Positions 33,874-40,000 of a stretch of 40,000 bases of DNA are shown piece after piece (position 1 is the stretch's first letter; each line of letters opens with the position of its first letter). Location: NCBI RefSeq assembly GCF_014180685.1, contig NZ_JACEHF010000001.1, forward strand, positions 97,976 through 137,975. Reading direction: 5' to 3'. A program made the translations under genes and the position numbers. The DNA is from Nocardioides pelophilus (GTDB lineage: Bacteria; Actinomycetota; Actinomycetes; Propionibacteriales; Nocardioidaceae). The notes under the pieces are model-generated. The model saw nothing but the letters and a program-made list of their open reading frames with translations. It was not told the origin of the DNA and searched no databases.

Positions 33874-34400
33874 AGGACACCACCAAACCTGTCGAACGCA
33901 TCCATGCGCGCTTGCGCTACATACCCCTGATCCGTGCGGAGATCGACGGACTCTTCCCTGACTTGGATGCCATTGAAAGTGATATTCATGCTTCCCGCGA
34001 GAGCGAAGTCGTCTCCGGTGAGGGCCTTGGTGTGGAGGTTGTTCGACGTATCAATGGCGATTGTGAACTGGCCCTCCACACGCAGATCTGCGGCCAGCAA
34101 CTTGAGCCTCTCGAGGAAGCGCGTGTTGTGATCGTCAGTCGTCGTGCCGACGACGATGTGTGCATCCTTCTCAGCAAGAGCCACCAGGATCTCCGCAAGT
34201 CGGATTCTTCGCTTGCCGAAGCGAGTCAGCGCGTCGAAGTTCCCCGCGGTGTTGTCGAGTAGTTCCACATCGGAGACCCAAGGCGAGACGAGCCAGAGGC
34301 ACTTGCTTGGGAAGCAGAGCTCGGCACTGAATAGGCCGGCAAGGAGGTCAGCCGCCTCAGTTGCGCTGGCGCTTTGCGACTTCCGGATGACGCGATTCAC
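33870..34400 (-). CDS. Phospholipase-D-family (single HKD) nuclease-like protein, DpdK/DrmC-like
   Basis: 'NLHTKALTGDDFALAGSMNIT' is an HxK(x4)D...GSxN motif, at about 34011-34034. The single copy implies a Nuc-like dimer. Start set at GTG 34398-34400, overlapping the helicase stop (GTGA); the track start 34478 lies inside the helicase gene. Confidence 0.8.
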   Translation of the reverse strand: MNRVIRKSQSASATEAADLLAGLFSAELCFPSKCLWLVSPWVSDVELLDNTAGNFDALTRFGKRRIRLAEILVALAEKDAHIVVGTTTDDHNTRFLERLKLLAADLRVEGQFTIAIDTSNNLHTKALTGDDFALAGSMNITFNGIQVREESVDLRTDQGYVAQARMDAFDRFGGVL

Positions 34401-37400
34401 CAAGTCTCCCTCAGCGCGAGCCGGGCTTCGGCGAGGGCGCCACGGTCGTGTACGCCGAGCACTTCTGGATAGCACCACAGCGGACCTACCTCGATCGGTG
34501 TCGTGTGGAGGTCGATCACGGCGGTTCGAAGTGCTCGCTTGGACGCCGCTGGAACGCGCAGGAGAAGTTCGCCGTGGGCACGAAGGAGCCTATGGGCCTC
34601 GGATCTGCTCCCGTCGTTCCAGGCGGTGAACTCGAGACTCTCGACCGGCGAGTGCCAATGTGCGCGGAGCAGCTCGATCGATCCGTCGCCACGTCCGGCG
34701 TACGGGTTGAAGCTACGGGTCGAACGTGCAGAGCGGCCCCGAGGCCACAGCACGTTCGCGATTGCACGCGCGCGTTTCATCTCGTCGGGGCTCTCAAGGT
34801 GCAGATACGGGTCAACGCTGTCACGGCTAGCCAGGAGAGCAGCCAAAGTCCGAGGCTCGATTTCGAGACCGCTCCGACGTTCGGCGGCGTCACGGGCCTG
34901 CAGCCACTCTCTCACCTCTCCCAGGAAGGCCGGATCTGCTCCCGGACCTGCGAGGCGCGTGGAGAGCGCGATCTTCCCAGGGTGCTCCAGCACAAGCCCA
35001 GAGCTCTCGAGGGCGGTGTCCAATCCCACGGCGGCACGCCGCACCGCGTCGTGCCCTTCCGGCCAACTGTCGGCCAGGGCAGCTACAGCGCCTTGCACAG
35101 ACACATCGGTGCAGTCGATCACCGCACGCAGTTGGTCGTCGAGCAGTTCAAGATCGGTGGGACGAAGCACATCGGCCAGTGCCATCGGCAACCGCTCTGG
35201 TCCCTCGATCAGATCGACCGCGAGGGCTTCGATCTGACCGGTACCGCCGGGCGACTGCTCTGAGATGTAGAACGTGGCGCTCTCGTGTGGGTCGACATCA
35301 ATCAGAAGGTCGTCGGCATCGACATGGCCATTGCCGGCAACGAGTGCGTCTAGCAAGGTGTGGGCAGCGCTTAATGTGAAGCGTCGCTCATTCCACGCCA
35401 GCCACTCGTCGGAACGCCGAGGGGCGCGGGAACCGATCAGGTGACTGAGCACGCTTCCGAGCACGTCCGCGTCCCCGATCCATGCCGAGAGGGTGCCGGG
35501 ATTCGCCGGGTCGATCAGACCAAGCACGGTCCCCACTCGCCGCATCTCGTCGGCGAACTGCCGGTCGTCAGGGTGGCCAGCGCTCCAGTCCCACACGGCG
35601 GCGAACGCTTCGGCCGCATCCGCCAGACCGCTCCGGTCGAATGTGGACATTTCGTCGGGGAATCCAGGGTCGCTCTCTATAAGTTCGCGCATCCACTCGG
35701 CGCGCTCGGCGGGCGTTGGACCGGCGTCAAAGGACGGCAGAGCCACACGACCGTGGAGAGCATCGGCATGAATCTCGACCCCGAGTGCGGCTTGCTCCCA
35801 GGACCCGTCACTGCCCGCGCAGAACCGAATTCGCTTCGGGTTGGACTGGCCGTTCAGCCAGAGCACGCCTCGTCCCGATTCCGCGTAACGGACCAGGCGT
35901 ACACCGCCACCTTGACTGTGCAGGTGGGCAGTAATAGCTGGGAAGAAGCCGCAGGCAGCACCCGCGACTGGCAGGGGTGTCCCCGCCCCAAGAGGTGTTG
36001 CGTTGAAGTTCCAATCGGCGCGCATGGACGACGCATCACTGACCTCCGGCGGTACCGACGCCAGAGCGACGCGGCTCGGAGCAAACACGTGTGTGACACG
36101 TCCGTCTGTCACAACGTCATCGATGGGAATGCCGCCGAACGTCGCCACGTCGACGAGATGGGTGCCGTCGGTGTCGAGTTCGGGCGGTAGAGCCACCCAA
36201 TGGCGCTTGTTGGCAGCCCAAACTCCGAAGTGCCGCGAAACATTGCCCGGAAGGAACTCACGAATCGCCCGGAGCGCGGGAAGGTGCTCGACGGTGGTCT
36301 CGCCTCGCGCCCAAGGCACCTGGAACTCCACATCCGGGACGAGCAGTTCGTCGAAGAGGTTTCCCGGTACAAACTCACGCAGAGGTGTGCGCGTCCTCAC
36401 GCCAGAGTCGTCATCAGCAGGTCGTTCGGCGTTCCACTGATCCCGAAGCCTGCGGCGCAGAGTTGGAACAACTGCCGCCAGTAACGGCCGTGGCGCCTCC
36501 CAGAGAATCTTGTCGACCGTAACGTCGGCAACCGTCCCGTTTCCGAGAGACAGACTTCGACGAAGGTGGCGGGTCAATGAGGTGCGCTCAGGCCCGTCAC
36601 GGAGAAGTGCAGCAAGAAGATCGGCCAGCTTTGTTTGCCGTTCCTGTGTCTTCGGCCTCCACCTGGGGTCCTTGGCGAGCAGATCGGCAGGACCCGAACT
36701 GTCTGCCCAGGTCGAATTCCGTCCGTACCCCAGCCGCTGCGCGAGCCAGTCGAGCAGGCTGTAGACCGCTTGAATTCGCAGGACGTAGAGGTTCCCCAAG
36801 GGCAAAGAACGGGGCGGCACAATGGGGCTGAAGAGCGCATCGTAGGCGTCCCAGGCATCACGATCGCGACCCCAGTCGCTGAGAACCACCACAGTCCATG
36901 GCCGCGTAGAAGCGTTTCGTCCCGCGCGACCCTTACGTTGGAGGAACTGCGCGACATCATGCGGAGCCTTGTGCTGAAGTACCGCACCGACGCGGTCGTC
37001 ATCGAACCCCACTTCCAGGCTGGCGGTCGCAACCACAATCTCCGCGTCTGACGCAACACCAGTGTCCTGAGAACTCGTTCGACCAATGCCCTTCTGCACG
37101 TCGCCGTCGATCTCGTGCCCCAGCGTCTCGGCAAGCCACCAGTACTGACCCTCCGGGTCGCGAAGGCTGGGATCCTCCTTCCGGGGTGGCTGAATGGAAC
37201 TCTGATCATGAGACCGTAAGTGGGCCAACGTGAGTGGGCTCGTGTTCTGCTTCACCTGACCGGGCCATGCCCAGCCTTCCGCGTCGAGCACGTCCCAGTA
37301 CAAGCGGTTCGTACTGTCGAGCTTGTCCGTGAAGGCGAAGAGGCGGCTACCGAAGATCCCACCTGAGTCGACTGGCGGGTTAAAGGGATTCCCGACCATC

Positions 37401-38785
37401 GGGTCTAGCGAACGCGACAGAGCCATCGCCGCCTGGATCGTGGTCGAGAGCGTCCCTGTGTTGCCGTGCGGGTTGTGGCGCAGCGCCATCAAGTACTCAG
37501 CCCCGGACTCTTCCAGCTCAGAAGGATCCGGTTCGACGACCGAGACGCGACCAGCATCAAGATCAACGAGACGGCCGAAGAACCCCGCTGCGTCCGTAAG
37601 GGTTGCCGACAGGCCGGCCCACAGTGGCTCGTAGCCAAGTGCCTTGCGCAAGCGACGAAATAGGTAGGCGTTCTGCGCGCCGGTTGTTCCTTCGTAGGTA
37701 TGAACCTCGTCCAGCAAGACAGCCCGAAGCCCGCTGTGAACGACGCCGAATGCACGCAGGTTGCCCGGCGAAGACAGTTGTCGGTTGAGCGACTCGGTGG
37801 TGCTGAGCATCACTCTGGGTGGGTGCGATCGAGCGGATTCGCGCGTCAGGCGCAAAAGGCTCCCGGGGACCTCGGTGCCACACGCCGTACACCTGAGCAA
37901 CTCGGTGCCGGTTCGGAGTTCCTGAATCGGCCAAACGAGCGCGCCGTCCTCGCAGTCCTCGTTCGGGCAATGCAAGAACGGGCAGACATAGCCGCCGGCC
38001 ACTTTGCGCCACGAGTCGGCTCTACCGTCGCGGACGAGTTTGGCCGACGCGGGCGTGGCGCCGAACCATGTCGCGAGGGTAACGGGGCTCGAGTCGCCGC
38101 CGATTCCCTGAAGTCGCATTGCGTACGCGACGAGCGCGCGCAACTGGTCCTTTAGCAGCTCGTTGCGCGGATAGAGGGCGAGGGCGAGTACACCCGGTGG
38201 GCGACCGGCGTTGTCGCAGATCCAGGCCAGCATCGGCATGTAAAAGGCAAGGGTCTTTCCGCTTCCCGTGCCGGCGGTGACCACGACGCCAGCCGCCTCC
38301 CTCGTGCTCAGTGCCTCGAGAACCTGCTGAGTGGACCGCTGCTGGAATGCGGAGACGTGGTGTGGGGTGAGCGCTCGGAGCGCGTCGATGCCCGCGGAGG
38401 CGAGTGAGTCACCGACCGCAGTCTCGAAGACAGCCGCGGGAACGTCGCGCCGGGGGCGACGGCGAGGTCGTTGGAGCAAGCGATAGTCGAGGACGAGCGG
38501 CCGTCCCGAAAGCACTGCTTCCCCGCGGAACGCCTGCCGTAGCGTCGCCAACAGTCGGACCGTCTCGGCACTTCGTGAGCGATACCCGCCGGACGGCGTC
38601 TCGACGACCAGGGCCAACTCCAACATCTCGTCGAGCAGTCGTTCGCCATCTCCGTAAGCACGGAGCACGTCCACCAGTTCGTCGCGATGCCACTGAGCAC
38701 CGACCGCACCCCAGGCAAGCAGCGCAGCCTCGCGGAGTTCGATCGCAGTCAGCGCCTTCTGGAGCAACTCAGACATCAGCATCAT
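34397..38785 (-). CDS. Giant SF2 DEAD/DEAH-box (DEVH) helicase with a Cys-rich insertion and ~820-aa C-terminal extension, DpdJ/DrmA-like
   Basis: Q motif 'FQQRS'; motif I 'AGTGSGKT' (38252-38275); Ia 'LYPRNELLKDQ'; II 'LLDEVH' (37700-37711); III 'LSAT'; V/VI 'ATASLEVGFD...FLQRKGRAGR'. Zinc-ribbon-like 'CPFLHCPNEDC...CTAC' lies between Ia and II (37880-37984). I recognise nothing in residues ~640-1462. Confidence 0.85.
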   Translation of the reverse strand: MMLMSELLQKALTAIELREAALLAWGAVGAQWHRDELVDVLRAYGDGERLLDEMLELALVVETPSGGYRSRSAETVRLLATLRQAFRGEAVLSGRPLVLDYRLLQRPRRRPRRDVPAAVFETAVGDSLASAGIDALRALTPHHVSAFQQRSTQQVLEALSTREAAGVVVTAGTGSGKTLAFYMPMLAWICDNAGRPPGVLALALYPRNELLKDQLRALVAYAMRLQGIGGDSSPVTLATWFGATPASAKLVRDGRADSWRKVAGGYVCPFLHCPNEDCEDGALVWPIQELRTGTELLRCTACGTEVPGSLLRLTRESARSHPPRVMLSTTESLNRQLSSPGNLRAFGVVHSGLRAVLLDEVHTYEGTTGAQNAYLFRRLRKALGYEPLWAGLSATLTDAAGFFGRLVDLDAGRVSVVEPDPSELEESGAEYLMALRHNPHGNTGTLSTTIQAAMALSRSLDPMVGNPFNPPVDSGGIFGSRLFAFTDKLDSTNRLYWDVLDAEGWAWPGQVKQNTSPLTLAHLRSHDQSSIQPPRKEDPSLRDPEGQYWWLAETLGHEIDGDVQKGIGRTSSQDTGVASDAEIVVATASLEVGFDDDRVGAVLQHKAPHDVAQFLQRKGRAGRNASTRPWTVVVLSDWGRDRDAWDAYDALFSPIVPPRSLPLGNLYVLRIQAVYSLLDWLAQRLGYGRNSTWADSSGPADLLAKDPRWRPKTQERQTKLADLLAALLRDGPERTSLTRHLRRSLSLGNGTVADVTVDKILWEAPRPLLAAVVPTLRRRLRDQWNAERPADDDSGVRTRTPLREFVPGNLFDELLVPDVEFQVPWARGETTVEHLPALRAIREFLPGNVSRHFGVWAANKRHWVALPPELDTDGTHLVDVATFGGIPIDDVVTDGRVTHVFAPSRVALASVPPEVSDASSMRADWNFNATPLGAGTPLPVAGAACGFFPAITAHLHSQGGGVRLVRYAESGRGVLWLNGQSNPKRIRFCAGSDGSWEQAALGVEIHADALHGRVALPSFDAGPTPAERAEWMRELIESDPGFPDEMSTFDRSGLADAAEAFAAVWDWSAGHPDDRQFADEMRRVGTVLGLIDPANPGTLSAWIGDADVLGSVLSHLIGSRAPRRSDEWLAWNERRFTLSAAHTLLDALVAGNGHVDADDLLIDVDPHESATFYISEQSPGGTGQIEALAVDLIEGPERLPMALADVLRPTDLELLDDQLRAVIDCTDVSVQGAVAALADSWPEGHDAVRRAAVGLDTALESSGLVLEHPGKIALSTRLAGPGADPAFLGEVREWLQARDAAERRSGLEIEPRTLAALLASRDSVDPYLHLESPDEMKRARAIANVLWPRGRSARSTRSFNPYAGRGDGSIELLRAHWHSPVESLEFTAWNDGSRSEAHRLLRAHGELLLRVPAASKRALRTAVIDLHTTPIEVGPLWCYPEVLGVHDRGALAEARLALRETW

Positions 38786-39473
38786 CTACCGGCGAGCCCG
38801 CGACGATCCTGAAACGGTCGAGCGCGTTGTGCGACTTCAGCCAATCGATGACATCCGCTGTCATGAGTTCGATCGAGGCACCTCCGCGCGCAACAGCCGA
38901 GAGGAACCGTCGTACTGAGTCGGGCTTAAGCGACTCCTCCAGCCTGCGCAACGACACCTCGGCTCGAGTCAGGAGTTCGGCGGACTGCTGCGAAGGAGCC
39001 GAACTCTGCGTACGCGCCAACTCTCCGAGCGCCGTTCGCAGCTCCTGTGAGATGCCCGCGATGCCCTCGACCTCGGACAAGGTCTCGGAGAGGCTGAGGA
39101 GATCAGTCACGTCTCCAAGCCGATGAGAGGCATAAGCGCTCCACCGCTCCTTTACAGCGATGTGGACATCCCCTCGGAAGCGTTCAAGGGCCTTGATAAC
39201 GCGGTTCAGAGGACGCGAGTCCAGCGAGGCCGCTGCTTCGGCTAGGTCACGGGCGAGATCTGGGCTTGGGTACTTCCCTTCCCACCCGAACGGCCGCACC
39301 ACCGAGACGCCCTCGACGAGCACGCGAAACTCGGCGATCAGTCGTTCTAGATCCGTCCTCGCTTCCTCCAAGAGAGCGACTTGGCGCCGCGCCTCGTCGG
39401 CATTCTTTGCGAGTTGCACCGCCTCTTCAGCGGAAGCAATCCACGACACCCCTGCTCCGTCTGTCGCCATCAC
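38769..39473 (-). CDS. Hypothetical alpha-helical / coiled-coil protein (234 aa)
   Basis: ATGA overlap with the upstream ORF, and its stop overlaps the helicase start region by 8-17 nt. Heptad-like helical sequence, for example 'EEAVQLAKNADEARRQVALLEEARTDLERLIAEF'. No enzymatic motif. Confidence 0.6.
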   Translation of the reverse strand: MMATDGAGVSWIASAEEAVQLAKNADEARRQVALLEEARTDLERLIAEFRVLVEGVSVVRPFGWEGKYPSPDLARDLAEAAASLDSRPLNRVIKALERFRGDVHIAVKERWSAYASHRLGDVTDLLSLSETLSEVEGIAGISQELRTALGELARTQSSAPSQQSAELLTRAEVSLRRLEESLKPDSVRRFLSAVARGGASIELMTADVIDWLKSHNALDRFRIVAGSPVDDADV

Positions 39474-40000
39474 TTGCCCCCCGGTCCAAGAGAATTGGCG
39501 AGCGTCGCCAACTCTTCGACTTGTGTCTTCACTTGGGCGCGGAGGGTCGAGACATCTCCGGCGTGACCGCCTCCTCGCTCGGACTCCTTCTTCGTCTCCC
39601 CCACGACGTGCTTCACGAACGTCAATGCCTTCGCGAGCCGCTCAAGCTCACGTATTGCGCGCTGGCGATACACCACTGCTCCGATATCCCCATCGCCGAT
39701 GATCGGTACGTCGTCGAGCGTCGCCCCGGAAATGAGTTCGAGGGCAGCGCGGAAATCCAGCCATTTGTCTTGGGGCCGGAAGAGGCCACCGTCCCTTGCC
39801 AGCACACTGACCTCTTCAGCCGCCAACGCGACGGCTGCGGGCGGATGTCCCTCGAGCAGCGAGGTGACGGTTTCGTACGCCTGCTTTGCCGACTCCGCCG
39901 CGGGGCTGGTACCGGCGGCCACAGCAGCCACGAGATCCTGGGCAGCCTGAGCCAAAACCGGATCTGCCTTCGAAGCTGCCACTTCGTCGAGTGCCTTCTT
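39470..40000 (-). CDS. Hypothetical alpha-helical protein; the frame is open to the window edge, so the N-terminus may lie beyond it
   Basis: The frame is open from 39470 to 40000 with no stop; GTG 39982 is a possible start. 'RQRAIRELERLAKALTFVKH...LRAQVKTQVEELATLAN' is helical. Coupled to the downstream gene. Confidence 0.5.
   Translation of the reverse strand, partial: KKALDEVAASKADPVLAQAAQDLVAAVAAGTSPAAESAKQAYETVTSLLEGHPPAAVALAAEEVSVLARDGGLFRPQDKWLDFRAALELISGATLDDVPIIGDGDIGAVVYRQRAIRELERLAKALTFVKHVVGETKKESERGGGHAGDVSTLRAQVKTQVEELATLANSLGPGGK

Noticed and set aside
31705-38785. Classifying the helicase/PLD operon as DISARM.
   Set aside because: I can see no DUF1998-type Cys4 module and no methyltransferase or SNF2 gene in the window. 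The adjacent modification genes are dpdA/dpdB rather than a methylase, so it is described only as DrmA/DrmC-like or DpdJ/DpdK-like.
1-40000. Search by eye for CRISPR arrays, rRNA/tRNA genes, IS elements, integrases and long tandem or direct repeats.
   Set aside because: No regularly spaced repeats, no conserved rRNA/tRNA structures, and no transposase- or integrase-like translations were found in the ORF track. The short repeats I saw (for example 9-mers shared between 19894 and 31699) are within chance expectation for 40 kb.

Overview
High-GC, actinobacterial-type chromosomal DNA with dense, often 4-bp-overlapping (ATGA/GTGA) genes. I saw no rRNA, tRNA, CRISPR array, transposase or integrase. 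All calls rest on reading the supplied translations and the DNA by eye; no searches were run.

Left half (1-19.7 kb), ordinary accessory catabolism:
- a truncated ABC substrate-binding lipoprotein;
- an IclR regulator with an FAD-oxidoreductase / SnoaL / Zn-ADH / SDR set;
- a TetR-controlled meta-cleavage cluster (MhpA-like hydroxylase, extradiol dioxygenase, BphD-like hydrolase) carrying unusual accessory genes (EthD-like proteins, acyltransferase, OYE flavoenzyme, ABM-membrane fusion);
- a second TetR-controlled cluster (PheA/TfdB-type hydroxylase, DoxX, VOC dioxygenase, FAH hydrolase).

Right half (20.06-40 kb), a contiguous defence island with three modules:
1. A SPARSA-type pair, SIR2-APAZ plus a catalytically dead short pAgo. 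A HEPN/RES-NTD + RES-domain gene sits 11 bp downstream on the same strand, which I do not know to be described.
2. A preQ0 biosynthesis operon (queC-queE-queD-folE2), divergent from a four-gene operon: an unknown 289-aa protein, a DGQQR DpdB-like protein, the DpdA DNA transglycosylase, and a second DGQQR DpdB-like paralog. Together this is a Dpd-type 7-deazaguanine DNA-modification module.
3. A convergent, translationally coupled operon of at least five genes: two alpha-helical proteins, a 1462-aa SF2 DEVH helicase, a single-HKD PLD nuclease, and a 722-aa orphan. It looks like the restriction arm.

Most worth follow-up: the RES appendage, the duplicated DpdB, the uncharacterised proteins of the helicase/PLD operon, and a pseudoknot-capable element in the queC/dpd divergent promoter region.
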